64,000 nucleotides of DNA from an uncultured Chitinophagaceae bacterium (GCA_963814445.1 CAWFCU010000018.1:159637-223636), one strand, 5' to 3'; shown: positions 12,106 to 22,474, numbered from the stretch's first letter. Notes: generated by a model not told the origin, from the letters alone. Made by a program: numbers and translations.

Positions 12106-13285
12106 CTAACTAAACACATCCCTTACTTTATCGAAGAATGATTTTTCATTCTTTCTCTGGCTTAGGTTGAAAATTTGTGCTTTGTTGCATTTTCTCCAGC
12201 ATCGCTTTTTCTTCACTGCTTATATGTTGGGGAGTCCACACATTTACCTGTATTAACTGGTCGCCTTTTTCATAACTGTTTACACTCGGAAAACCCTTTC
12301 CTTTCAGCCTGAATATTTTACCGCTTTGTGTGCCTGGTGGAATTTTAATTTTTGCTTTACCATCAATCGTTGGCACTTCTACCTGTGTTCCAAACACCGC
12401 ATCAGGAAAAGAGATATGCAGATCAAACGCTACATTCAATCCATCCCTGTGTAATTCTGCATGTGCTTCTTCTTCTATCAACACGATCAGGTCGCCATTA
12501 GCACCACCACGTTCACCGGCATTGCCTTTGCCATTTAGACTTAACTGCATTCCTTCCTGCACACCTGCAGGTATATCAATCGTTACAGTTTCTTCACCAT
12601 ACACACGGCCATCACCTTTGCAGGCGGTACATTTATTCACCACTGTGGTGCCTTCTCCATTACAGTTAGGACAGGTGGTTACAGTCTGCATCTGGCCTAG
12701 AAAAGTATTCTGCACTCTTCTTACCTGGCCACTACCACCGCAGGTACCACAAGTTTGCACACTGTTTTTATCTTTTGCGCCACTGCCACTACAGGTGGTA
12801 CAGCTTACATATTTTTTAACCTTGATGGTTTTGCTGGCACCTTTGGCCATCTCTTCGTAGTTCAGTTTTATCTTAACACGAAGGTTGCTGCCACGTACAC
12901 CACGGGCACGGCCACCCGAAGAACGCCTGCCACCACCACCGCCTCCGCCAAAGAAACTTCCAAACGGGCTGTCATCACCAAAGATGTCTCCGAAGTTGCT
13001 GAAGATATCATCCATGTTCATGCCGCCGCCATTAAAGCCACCCCCACCACCGCCACGTCCCGGGCTGAATGCCTGGTGGCCAAAGCGGTCATACTGTGCT
13101 CTTTTATCAGCATCACTTAATATCTCGTAAGCTTCTGCTGCTTCTTTAAATTTTTCTTCCGCAGCCTTATCGCCCGGGTTGCGGTCAGGATGGTGCTGCA
13201 TAGCCACTTTGCGGTATGCTTTCTTTATCTCATCCTGCGATGCAGATTTTGAAACGCCCAGTATTTCGTAAAAGTCTTTTTTCAT
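12106..13285 (-). CDS. dnaJ: Chaperone DnaJ (C-terminal frameshift ~12150)
   Basis: J domain HPD, G/F region, four CxxCxGxG zinc motifs; tail [12 protein letters not shown] in another frame. Confidence 0.97.
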
Positions 13286-13303
13286 TGTAGTTTATTGCTG
13301 GCA

Positions 13304-13338
13304 ACTTATAACTTATCACTTATAACTCATCACTTATT
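13304..13338. repeat. Heptamer tandem repeat ACTTATA/ACTTATC x5 between grpE and dnaJ
   Basis: acttata acttatc acttata actcatc acttatt; overlaps the grpE stop codon. Confidence 0.75.
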
Positions 13339-13904
13339 TCCCTACCACCACTTTTGCAAATCTTATGATCTTATCATTCAGGTAATAACCTTTTGTTATT
13401 TCATCCACCACTTTGCCTTTCCCTTCTTCTGTTGGTGCAGGTATTTCTGTAATGGCTTCATGTTTCTCCACATCAAATTCAGTGTTGATAGTTTCCATCG
13501 CTTTAAGCCCTTTGGCCTGCAATGTTGTCCTTAGTTTATTAAACACCAACTGCACACCTGTTTTCAATTGTTCATCTTCGCTTGCCTGTAATTGTTTTTC
13601 AGCCCTGTCGCAATCATCCAGTACATCCAGCAAAGAAGTAATTACATCCCTTCCGGCAGTCTGCATCAGTTCGTAGCGTTCTTTGGCATTGCGTTTTTTA
13701 AAGTTGTCAAACTCTGCAAACAGGCGGATGTATTTATCCTTTTGTTCCTCCAGTTCCCAATTTGTCTGCAATATTTTCAGCTTCGGGGTTGCTTAAATGG
13801 TTGTTGCCCGGTACGTCAGAATCGGAATTAATGTCAATATCAGTAAAATCTTTTATCTCTTCTGCCGTGCCTTCGCCATTGTTTACCGTTTGTTTTTGTT
13901 CCAT
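13334..13904 (-). CDS. grpE: Nucleotide exchange factor GrpE (frameshifted 5' part)
   Basis: RLFAEFDNFKKR, FDVEKHEAI, KGYYLNDKIIRFAKVVV; upstream ATG at 13904. Confidence 0.93.
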
Positions 13905-14113
13905 AGTATGGTATAATGTTATCGTTTACGTATAAAATGCCCTTTTTTAAAGGTTCGCAAAGGTACAATTGTCAAATGGTTTGCCAAGGGGCATTTTACA
14001 GTCAAATTGGCTGGGTGATAATGGGGTGTTCAACGTAAAATAACCCTGATTTAGAGCGTTATAGAAAAATTAAATTCCCAATTTCTGTTATCTTCACCCC
14101 TTAAATCATTGCT

Positions 14114-14602
14114 ATGTCCATCCGCATTTTTATTACCGGCGGCACTTTCGATAAAGAATACAACGAACTCAACGGCCAGCTTTATTTTAAAGATTCTCAC
14201 CTGAGCGACCTTTTAGAAATGGGCCGGAGCAGGGTGGATGTGGAAATAAGGACACTGATGATGGTGGACAGCCTTGAAATGACCGACGAAGACAGGCAAC
14301 TCATCGTTTACCAATGCAACAACTGCGACGAAACAAAAATTGTAATTACACATGGCACAGATACGATGTCGGACACTGCTAAAGTAATTGCAGAAAATGT
14401 AAAAAATAAAACCATTATCCTTACCGGCGCTATGATACCGATTAAGTTTGGTAGTAGTGATGGTTTATTTAACCTTGGTAGCGCTTTAGCTTTTGCTCAA
14501 ACATTACCTGCAGGTGTGTATGTGGCTATGAATGGGCGTTGCTTCAACTGGAACAATGTTAGGAAGAATAAACAGACGGGTGTGTTTGAAGAAGTAAAAT
14601 AA
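14114..14602 (+). CDS. Short-chain (single-domain) L-asparaginase
   Basis: TGGTFDK and HGTDTM catalytic motifs; 162 aa. Confidence 0.88.
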   Translation: MSIRIFITGGTFDKEYNELNGQLYFKDSHLSDLLEMGRSRVDVEIRTLMMVDSLEMTDEDRQLIVYQCNNCDETKIVITHGTDTMSDTAKVIAENVKNKTIILTGAMIPIKFGSSDGLFNLGSALAFAQTLPAGVYVAMNGRCFNWNNVRKNKQTGVFEEVK

Positions 14603-14609
14603 TTTTATT

Positions 14610-14693
14610 CTTAGTGTCTCTTTGTGTTCTTTGTGCCTTGGTGGTTTAAAATAGTTGAACCACAAAGACACTAAAGCACTAAGTAGCACAAAG
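14610..14693. repeat. ~9-nt-period CTTTGTG repeats with inverted CACAAAG/CACTAAG arm
   Basis: cttagtgtctctttgtgttctttgtgccttggtggtt...aaccacaaagacactaaagcactaagtagcacaaag. Confidence 0.75.
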
Positions 14694-14694
14694 A

Positions 14695-15438
14695 TTATTC
14701 ATCCCAGCCACCAACCTGTGAATCTTCCGCAGTTTTAGATGATAGTGCTACAGATTTTTCCATTATTTTTATTTCATCAGGTGTAAAATAGCGCCATTTA
14801 CCTGTTGGGATGTTGCCCAGCGTTATGTGCATGATACGGTTGCGTTTTAATGTATCCACTTTATAGCCCAACGCTTCACACATGCGGCGTATCTGCCTGT
14901 TAAGCCCTTGTGTCAATATAATTCTAAAACGGTTTTTTCCCTCCTGCTTTACAAAACATTTTTTTGTAACGGTGCCCATTATTTTCACACCGTTGCTCAT
15001 TTTGTGAACGAAATCCCCGGTGATGGGTTTGTCAACAGTAACCACATATTCTTTTTCATGATTGTTGCCGGCACGTAATATCTTGTTTACAATATCGCCA
15101 TCATTGGTTAAAAAGATCAATCCTTCTGATGGTTTATCCAAACGGCCAATGGGAAAGATGCGGCTTTTGTAATTGATAAAGGAGATGATATTAGTTTTAT
15201 CTTTCAGGTCTGTAGTGCAGGTAACACCAACAGGTTTATTGAAAGCCATGTACACGATCTTGTCTTTTTTCTTGATGGGTTCGCCATCTACTTCCACCAC
15301 ATCACCGGGCATTACACGGTTGCCTTTAATAGCCACATTGTCGTTGATGGTTACTCTTCCCTGGTCGATATAATTATCTGCTTCCCTGCGGCTGCAGAAA
15401 CCAGTTTCGCTGATGTATTTGTTGAGGCTTTTATCCAT
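14695..15438 (-). CDS. rluF: 23S rRNA pseudouridine synthase RluF
   Basis: S4 domain LNKYISETGFCSRREAD, PIGRLDKPSEG, ILTQGLNRQIRRMCE. Confidence 0.88.
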   Translation of the reverse strand: MDKSLNKYISETGFCSRREADNYIDQGRVTINDNVAIKGNRVMPGDVVEVDGEPIKKKDKIVYMAFNKPVGVTCTTDLKDKTNIISFINYKSRIFPIGRLDKPSEGLIFLTNDGDIVNKILRAGNNHEKEYVVTVDKPITGDFVHKMSNGVKIMGTVTKKCFVKQEGKNRFRIILTQGLNRQIRRMCEALGYKVDTLKRNRIMHITLGNIPTGKWRYFTPDEIKIMEKSVALSSKTAEDSQVGGWDE

Positions 15439-15538
15439 TGATTTAAAAACGAAAATAAGTGTTTGGATGGTTTAATCCTCTATTTCAAATTTTTCGTTTC
15501 TTGACAACCGTCATCAGGGTTTTCAACCGCTGACGGGG

Positions 15539-16729
15539 TTACATGTAACTCAGCCACCATTTTTCTTTATGTGCCTGTTTGTATGTATCGTAGCGCTTGC
15601 ACAAAGGATACAATGCCGCAACGATCAAGATCCAAACCAAATAAACAATTGCCAACGGGTAACCATAGCCTTTAAAATCCTGTGTAAACCAAAGCGGTTC
15701 TTTTAATAGCCATTTGCTCCAGTCGTAGGTTGTAAATAATTCAGAAGCGATCATGGCTACAATATGAATCAAATAAATATGCAGCAGGTAATATAACATT
15801 GGCACACGGCCATACACAGAAACGATCTTTGAAATACCGCTTTTTACATTTTCTGTAAGCGACAAAAAGATCAATGCAGGCCCAAGCGTCATCAATATAT
15901 ACAATAGCGATGGTGGATATTTGCTGGTATTGATAAATGAAAGAAAAGAGAAAAGGGGCGATGATTGTTTTTCCCAATGTTGTGCATCGCCATAAAAATT
16001 ACCTGAACGAAGTAATATGAATAATACAATGGCTGCAATACCCATTTGTAATAATATCTTTTTTCTTTTCGCCACATCAAAAGAAGAAATATAAAAATTG
16101 CCAAGGCAATACCCCAATGTCATCACACCTATCCATGGAATGACAGGATAACCAACCAGGATTATTTCCCCATTCCATTGAAACAGGTTAGGCTGGTGCA
16201 ATAATGACCAGCCAAAGGCTGATGCTGTTTGTCCTTCCGCATTTATACCATCTAAAAGATTATGTCCGAATACGAGTAAGATCCCAACAACAATTATTGC
16301 TTTCTTTGGCAAATAAATTATTCCCGCCAATGCGATCATACTGATGCCTAATGCCCAGATGGTGATGAATAAAATGGAATGAAATTGTATATCGAAGTTC
16401 CAGCCAAAATTTACCACCACCAGTTCAAGAAATACCAACCACAATCCACGCTTTAATAAAAAGCCAGCCAGTTCTTTTCTGCCTTTTCTTTGGCCAACTA
16501 AAAAAGCAGATGTGCCTGCAAGGAACATGAATACCGGTGCACAATAGTGTGTAATCCACCTGGTGAAAAATATGGGTACACTTGTTTTATCAAGATCTAA
16601 TGGATCAAATTGAAATGCACTAAAATGAAAATAATCTCTCACATGGTCAAGCGCCATGATGATCATGATAGCACCACGAAGAAGATCAATAGAAGCTACC
16701 CTTTGTTTTGGTAATAAAGCAGTTGACAT
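15539..16729 (-). CDS. DUF1624/HGSNAT-like membrane acyltransferase family protein
   Basis: RVASIDLLRGAIMIIMALDH, FFTRWITHYCAP, KYPPSL. Confidence 0.8.
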   Translation of the reverse strand: MSTALLPKQRVASIDLLRGAIMIIMALDHVRDYFHFSAFQFDPLDLDKTSVPIFFTRWITHYCAPVFMFLAGTSAFLVGQRKGRKELAGFLLKRGLWLVFLELVVVNFGWNFDIQFHSILFITIWALGISMIALAGIIYLPKKAIIVVGILLVFGHNLLDGINAEGQTASAFGWSLLHQPNLFQWNGEIILVGYPVIPWIGVMTLGYCLGNFYISSFDVAKRKKILLQMGIAAIVLFILLRSGNFYGDAQHWEKQSSPLFSFLSFINTSKYPPSLLYILMTLGPALIFLSLTENVKSGISKIVSVYGRVPMLYYLLHIYLIHIVAMIASELFTTYDWSKWLLKEPLWFTQDFKGYGYPLAIVYLVWILIVAALYPLCKRYDTYKQAHKEKWWLSYM

Positions 16730-16780
16730 ATTTTTTGTTGCTGGTGACAACAAGATACTGAAATATATATCTGCCTGTTC

Positions 16781-17524
16781 TTATTTTTTTCTTACGGAAA
16801 TACTGATGTTATGATCGGCCATATAGCTGAGCAATGCATAAATCAGCACCGTAACGCCACCCATCTCACACAGTTCTTCAACAAAATATAAAATGCGGTT
16901 GTAGATATGGTTGAGGCCGTACTTGATATAAAAATGCCCTTCTGCCAGCTCGAGTATCAAGGCGCCAAATATGTACAGCACGCCGGCCAGTATAAAAAGA
17001 TTTCTTGTTTTTGCCGGGAGGCTTACTACAAACCGGAAAAAATAAATAGCCGCTACAATAGCAAAAATGCCATACGGGATTACCCATGCCCAGTATAACA
17101 AACCTGATACATTATTACTTACAGAGGGCCTCAAAATTTTTGCCACTTCCTCATGTACCTGCACACTTTCATCTATGGAAAGAAAAATAAAAATAAAGCC
17201 AAGCGTGAGCCAGTAATGAGCGCCTTTTATTTTGTTGTTTTTTTTATGGGTGTAAATGATAAAAAATAACAGGCCGGCAAACGTGAGTATGATCAGGGAA
17301 AACCAGGTAGGCACATTGCTCTCCAAATTAAAATCAAACCACTTGATAATATTTTTTGCTGTTCTTGAATAGGCATGGCGAACATAATCTTCTATAAAGG
17401 CGGCAATATGCCCCAATGCCAATAATACAATACAGCATACCAGCACAAGGGTGATGGCCTTAGGAGAAAAAGTGATACTGCCTTTACAGGCAGATTGTTT
17501 TTCCTGTATATTTTTATCTTCCAT
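16781..17524 (-). CDS. Hypothetical multi-pass membrane protein
   Basis: 247-aa ORF, ~6 TM helices, ESNVPTWFS / SIDESVQVHE / EELCEMGG. Confidence 0.7.
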   Translation of the reverse strand: MEDKNIQEKQSACKGSITFSPKAITLVLVCCIVLLALGHIAAFIEDYVRHAYSRTAKNIIKWFDFNLESNVPTWFSLIILTFAGLLFFIIYTHKKNNKIKGAHYWLTLGFIFIFLSIDESVQVHEEVAKILRPSVSNNVSGLLYWAWVIPYGIFAIVAAIYFFRFVVSLPAKTRNLFILAGVLYIFGALILELAEGHFYIKYGLNHIYNRILYFVEELCEMGGVTVLIYALLSYMADHNISISVRKK

Positions 17525-17654
17525 TAAAATGCCTTTATATTTTGCTCTAATATAAACGTAAAATATTTTATTATGTTATATTAATGTACCAGTTGATTCC
17601 AGGCTTTTAATTTGTAATCTTTTTATCTTTAAGCAACAATTAAAACTTGCCAAT

Positions 17655-18236
17655 ATGAAAAAAACGTTTATGTGGTTTGTTTGCTCAGCACTATTGTCAA
17701 TTGCATTTGCACAAAAAGGTACTATGCTTATTGGAGGCGATTTGAATTATGCAAGCCAGAAAACCAATTTTGAATCCGGAAGTGGTACTTATTCATCCAG
17801 TGCTTTTAGTTTTAATCCATTTGTTGGCTACCAGTTTACCAGCAATCTTACGGGGGGAACTATTTTTTCTATCACTTCTAACGGTACCGAGAACAATGGA
17901 AACCAGGATAAACAAAATGTATTCAGCGCAGGCCCTTTTTTGCGGTATTCAAAATCTTTATCAGGCTTGTTTATTGTGTATGGACAGTTGCAGGCTACAT
18001 TCGGTAGTGGGAAAACCACTCATTCCGGGAATTTTTCTGAAGAAACAAAGTTCTCTTATGCCGATATAAGTTTTTTTCCTGCGGTTTTTATCAATGTAAA
18101 AAAGGGCTTTGGGTTAAATTTTAATATTGGGGGCATTGAATACAATTATACAAAACAGGATGGCTATGGAAACCAGAAGGTCTTTGCTATAACAATAGGG
18201 CAAACATTTTCTGTTGGTATTTCAAAAAACTTTTAA
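17655..18236 (+). CDS. Outer-membrane beta-barrel protein
   Basis: Signal peptide, amphipathic strands, terminal Phe. Confidence 0.75.
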   Translation: MKKTFMWFVCSALLSIAFAQKGTMLIGGDLNYASQKTNFESGSGTYSSSAFSFNPFVGYQFTSNLTGGTIFSITSNGTENNGNQDKQNVFSAGPFLRYSKSLSGLFIVYGQLQATFGSGKTTHSGNFSEETKFSYADISFFPAVFINVKKGFGLNFNIGGIEYNYTKQDGYGNQKVFAITIGQTFSVGISKNF

Positions 18237-18334
18237 GGAAAGCTTTTACTCGTCGTAATATGTATTCAGTTTGTCTTTTTTACCCCCTGATTTTTTGTAC
18301 CGCACCAACTATTTTTGTTTAAAAGAATAACAAT

Positions 18335-18835
18335 ATGCAAGCTTTAATTCAAGAACTCAAACAAACCAAACTGTCGCTTATTGATGTTGTCTCCTCTATC
18401 AGCGATGATAAAACAGATACTATACCTTTTGAGGGAAGCTGGACAGCCGGGCAGGTGCTGGAGCATCTGTGTAAATCTGTAAGTACAAGTGTATTAAGGG
18501 GGAATGTGCAAAAAGTAAACAGGCCGGCAGATGAAAAAATTGCTTTTGTAAGATCGATATTCTTAGATTTTACAAAGAAGTTTAAAGCGCCTGAATTTAT
18601 TATTCCTGTAGAAGCAACACATAATAAGGCAGAACAACTATCCTTACTTACTGCAAAGTTTGACAGGTTGATAGCGGCTGTGGATGCCTTTGATCTTACA
18701 GAAGAATGTACTGATTTTTCTGTGCCCGGCTTTGGTAATTTTACAAGAATGGAATGGATTGCTTTTCACATGATACATACACAAAGGCATATTGAGCAAC
18801 TGAAAAATATTGCAGAAAAACTGAAAGAGTCATAA
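18335..18835 (+). CDS. DinB family protein
   Basis: SWTAGQVLEHL and HTQRHIEQL metal-binding His pattern. Confidence 0.85.
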   Translation: MQALIQELKQTKLSLIDVVSSISDDKTDTIPFEGSWTAGQVLEHLCKSVSTSVLRGNVQKVNRPADEKIAFVRSIFLDFTKKFKAPEFIIPVEATHNKAEQLSLLTAKFDRLIAAVDAFDLTEECTDFSVPGFGNFTRMEWIAFHMIHTQRHIEQLKNIAEKLKES

Positions 18836-18865
18836 GAATTACCGGGCTCATAAAACCATATCGGT

Positions 18866-19306
18866 TTATTTCTTTGTGATTTTTGAAATAGTTGCGCCAC
18901 TTGATTTGCTTGGTTTATCCATATCCTTAATGGCAAAATCAACCGCAGATTGAATAAGGTCTTTCACTTGTTTATTCCTGTAGTCTGCTGGTACATCCAT
19001 CGGAATATGTCTTATTAAATTTCCTGTACCGGCGAGTAATTTATGTGGGTCTTTTAATAAAGTGCCTTTATTAAAACCAAGGTTTAAATGATTGGTATAG
19101 ATCGGCAGCATACAAAATGCATCAGACAGTTTATCTGAAATGGAGAACACGGTTGTTAAAGCATGAGTATGATATAATAATTCATTACTCTCCGGGTAAA
19201 TCTCCAAAATGAATGCTCTTGCATCTTTAAACAGGTCAATTATTTTCTTCTCTTTTAATTCTAACAGAAAAAGAAAGTCGGGATGAATAGGTTTTGATTT
19301 TGCCAT
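18866..19306 (-). CDS. DUF1801 (YdhG-like) protein
   Basis: HLNLGFNKGTLLKDPHKLLAGTGNLIRHI. Confidence 0.75.
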   Translation of the reverse strand: MAKSKPIHPDFLFLLELKEKKIIDLFKDARAFILEIYPESNELLYHTHALTTVFSISDKLSDAFCMLPIYTNHLNLGFNKGTLLKDPHKLLAGTGNLIRHIPMDVPADYRNKQVKDLIQSAVDFAIKDMDKPSKSSGATISKITKK

Positions 19307-19316
19307 TTTATTTTTA

Positions 19317-20423
19317 TTAAAGGTTCACCTGGTAGCTGGTACTTCTGCCGCCGCCCGATGCAACAAAGGCTTTTATCTCTGCTAATTGTTGCAGATCCCT
19401 GGTGGCAGTGGCTTTAGAAGCTTTTGTGATGCCAATGTATTTTCTTGCATTCATGCCGCCTTTAAAACCATCAGGGCCTTCATCCAGCATTCTTTTTATT
19501 GCACTCAGTTGCCTTTCGTTTAATTCATTTTTAAAACGATCAAAAAATTTCACTTTCTTTAAAGTAAAATCTATTTGTTCTTCTGCTTCTGTTTGTGCAT
19601 CCAGCACTACTTTAATAAAATAATTTATCCAGCTGGTTATTTCATTATTATGAGATGCTTTATTTAATGCGGTGTAGTAAGCATTTTTATTTGCTTCTAT
19701 TGTTTTGGATAAACTTATCAGCACGGGCCTTCCCACACCCTGTGATAATGCTTTTTCTGCAATGGCCCTGCCTATTCTTCCATTGCCATCTTCAAAAGGA
19801 TGTATGCTTTCAAAATATAAATGGGCAATGGCGCTACGCAAGGCCGCTTTCTTTATTTCTTTTGGGCTACCCGGTGCCGTATCATTAAACCACTTTATAA
19901 AACGCTCCATCTCCTTTGGCACTTTGGCAGAAGGCGGTGCTTCAAAATGGATCTTCTGTTTGTTGACAGCGCCGCTTACTACCTGCATGGGTTCTTTGTT
20001 TGTACGCCATTTGCCTACTTGTATGCTTTTATCGCTGCTTAACAGCATGCTGTGCCAGGCAAACAATTTTTCTTTTGTCAGCGGCTCATTAAAAGTATTT
20101 CTCACATCCACCATCAGTTCACTTACGCCTTTAGCTTTTTTGTCTTTGATGATTGTTTTATCTGCCAGTAAGCCTAAGTTTTTTTTGATCGATGACATCA
20201 CATCTTTGCGGCTTACAAATTCACCTTCTATCTCCGATGTTTTGATGGCTTCGGCTGTCATTACATCTATCACTGTCTCCATTTGTATGTTGGCTGGCAG
20301 TGCTTTTAGTATGCCGGTGATATGCCCGGCTTTTTCCGCCAGCAGTAACAGCGAATGCTCCACTTCTTTTTGCTTAAAAGTGAAGCCGGGCCAGTCTTTT
20401 TGTTGCCAGTTGTAGATACCCAT
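19317..20423 (-). CDS. Fic family protein (DUF4172 N-terminus, class II inhibitory helix, C-terminal HTH)
   Basis: YNWQQKDWPGF; TSEIEG inhibition motif; HPFEDGNGRIGR; SKATATRDLQQL. Confidence 0.92.
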   Translation of the reverse strand: MGIYNWQQKDWPGFTFKQKEVEHSLLLLAEKAGHITGILKALPANIQMETVIDVMTAEAIKTSEIEGEFVSRKDVMSSIKKNLGLLADKTIIKDKKAKGVSELMVDVRNTFNEPLTKEKLFAWHSMLLSSDKSIQVGKWRTNKEPMQVVSGAVNKQKIHFEAPPSAKVPKEMERFIKWFNDTAPGSPKEIKKAALRSAIAHLYFESIHPFEDGNGRIGRAIAEKALSQGVGRPVLISLSKTIEANKNAYYTALNKASHNNEITSWINYFIKVVLDAQTEAEEQIDFTLKKVKFFDRFKNELNERQLSAIKRMLDEGPDGFKGGMNARKYIGITKASKATATRDLQQLAEIKAFVASGGGRSTSYQVNL

Positions 20424-20500
20424 GAGCCGATTAGGAGATTTATTCGGCTCAAATATAGGCTATTTTATGAGCCGATTAGGGAATTTATTCGGCTCATGGG
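20419..20500. promoter_or_regulatory. Two tandem palindromic sites (TGAGCCGA-N13-TCGGCTCA) flanking the fic -7 promoter element; candidate operators
   Basis: 30-bp copies at 20422-20451 and 20467-20496; TATATTTG on minus strand at 20450-20457. Confidence 0.65.
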
Positions 20501-20518
20501 TTTGCTAACAAAGGAAGA

Positions 20519-20818
20519 TTATGCTACTTTGGAATTGAAAGTTTTGATTGACTTGATTGAGGAGCCTTTAATTAAAAGCTCTTCTTCAATATCAAAATCA
20601 TCCTGTAAGCCGAGCCAGAATTTTGCAGAATTACCAAAGTATTTACTGAAACGTAAGGCGGTATCTGCGGTAATTCTTCTGTTTCCTTTGACGATTTCAG
20701 AAATACGGGTTTGTGTTATTTCAATATCCTTTGCCAATTTGTAAGCAGAAATATTCAGTGGCAAAAGAAACTCTTCAAGAAGAATTTCGCCGGGATGTAT
20801 ATTTTTAAGCTTTGCCAT
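20519..20818 (-). CDS. higA: HigA family antitoxin (Xre HTH)
   Basis: IHPGEILLEEFL...RITADTALRFSKYFGNSAKFWLGLQ. Confidence 0.9.
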   Translation of the reverse strand: MAKLKNIHPGEILLEEFLLPLNISAYKLAKDIEITQTRISEIVKGNRRITADTALRFSKYFGNSAKFWLGLQDDFDIEEELLIKGSSIKSIKTFNSKVA

Positions 20819-20827
20819 TAAAAAATA

Positions 20828-21001
20828 TTAAGCCGGAGTTTTATTTGTTTTTTTATTTCCTTTCTTTTGTACATTTTTCTTTTTCAGGTTGAGAAAAAAT
20901 TCACTTTGCTTTTGCAATTGTTCAGTAGTTTTTTCCCGGTACACCATCATAGGGCCGTTGATGTCGGTTTCATCAATTGTATCAGCTTTTTCTTTTTTCA
21001 T
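20828..21001 (-). CDS. 57-aa hypothetical protein upstream of higA
   Basis: Hand translation MKKEKADTIDETDINGPMMVYREKTTEQLQKQSEFFLNLKKKNVQKKGNKKTNKTPA*. Confidence 0.5.
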   Translation of the reverse strand: MKKEKADTIDETDINGPMMVYREKTTEQLQKQSEFFLNLKKKNVQKKGNKKTNKTPA

Positions 21002-21107
21002 ACTGTAAATTTAAGAAATTGAAAGGCACAAGCATTGCCAACGCCCTTTGCCTGCCCGACATCCTTGCGCCATGCAAATTTTTTTATATGCTTGGACTAA
21101 ATGGGGA

Positions 21108-22055
21108 TTAATAGTATTCAATTTCTTGAATGTTTTTTAGGAACAAAATCCCAATTGCATCAAATATATTTTCTTCAATTTCATTTCCTTTTTCATCGTA
21201 AACATATTTTGTTGTTTTGGTTATTGATTCATCTTTATCGTAGCGGATTGTTTGAACTTTATATTTCTTAGAATTATATGTATTTACAGTTTTCTCTATC
21301 TGGGTATCAGTTTTGTCAAATACGATTTCTTCTATAATTTGATTGATAGAGTTATATTTATATGAGTGCGTTTTTTTATCAATAATATTTTTGTTCGCAT
21401 CATATTTCACCTCTTCAATTATATTACCAATTATATCATATTTATAAGTAGTTTGGTTGGAGATATTGCCGCTTATTGAATATTTTATATCGTCAATTAT
21501 TTTTTCTGTGTTGTTCAAATAACTAGTTTTATTACTCATAGTACCATCACCCCGATACTCAATTTTTTCTATTAAATTATTTGTGCCATTATATTTAAAA
21601 AGTGTTTTATTAAGTACTGTGCCATCAGCTTTAACTGTTTTCGCTTCTTGCTTATTATCATTCACGTCATATTTGTAAATAATCTTTCTGTCAAGGGTTT
21701 CTCCAGCTTTGAAAATAAGACATTCGGTTTCAAAACCTTTTGCGTCTCTTATTGTAATTCTTTTCCCAAAAATGGTTCCATCAGAGTTATAAAAGGCAAA
21801 TTCAATTTCATTACCTAGTTTATTATACATATACCTTATTCTGTTATTTAATTTTAAGCTTGTATCCGTACCCTTTTTTTCGTTTTCAGGTGACAGAATT
21901 ACTTGGTCAAGAGATTTCGCTGTGTAATACAAGTAGTCAATGACTTTTACATTACCATTCAATTTGCTTTTTCCCAAATCATTTTTAATTTTTTTTTGGC
22001 TATTACATAGAATTGAAGTCAGAAGGCAAAATAATAGTGTAATTAATTTATTCAT
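21108..22055 (-). CDS. Secreted YD/RHS-like repeat hypothetical protein
   Basis: Signal peptide, LNGNVK, repeated YKYDxxGNxIEE units; very AT-rich. Confidence 0.7.
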   Translation of the reverse strand: MNKLITLLFCLLTSILCNSQKKIKNDLGKSKLNGNVKVIDYLYYTAKSLDQVILSPENEKKGTDTSLKLNNRIRYMYNKLGNEIEFAFYNSDGTIFGKRITIRDAKGFETECLIFKAGETLDRKIIYKYDVNDNKQEAKTVKADGTVLNKTLFKYNGTNNLIEKIEYRGDGTMSNKTSYLNNTEKIIDDIKYSISGNISNQTTYKYDIIGNIIEEVKYDANKNIIDKKTHSYKYNSINQIIEEIVFDKTDTQIEKTVNTYNSKKYKVQTIRYDKDESITKTTKYVYDEKGNEIEENIFDAIGILFLKNIQEIEYY

Positions 22056-22199
22056 TCTTTTGAATTTTTCATTTACAATTTTTAAGAAATCAAGAGGTTT
22101 TTTGTTAATATAAACATAGCCAATTTTTTCTGGTAAATTGGATTTAATAAACTGATTGTAACTTTAAAAATTACTTTAAGGATTTTGTATATTTACGCC

Positions 22200-22474
22200 A
22201 TGATGACTTTTAATGTTAAGTTCAATTATTTTGAGATTGAATACTTGCGGATGTTCTAAAAATACCTTTAGTAAATGATTTGCCAGTTCAATGGCATGTA
22301 TTTAATAAATCTCCATCAATTCCAAATGTACTTAACCCATACATGTTTATATATGAACCTCAAAAGAAAATATTTTCCTTCGGTTTGTTTAATAACAGTT
22401 CTGAACTTGGGAATACCATATTCAACTCGATAAAAGCACATTGTGTTGAATATGGAATTTCAATAATCGAGTAA
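22200..22474 (+). CDS. Small hypothetical protein (frameshift ~22241)
   Basis: ATG at 22200 (MMTFNVKFNYFEIE) joins the frame of ORF 22280..22474 with one indel. Confidence 0.35.

Noticed and set aside
12885-13130. Proline-rich ORF and CCA/CCG repeats
   Set aside because: Antisense reading of the Gly-rich G/F region of dnaJ.
21108-22055. Rhs polymorphic toxin
   Set aside because: Short, has a signal peptide, and lacks the DPxG cleavage motif, a toxin domain and an immunity gene.
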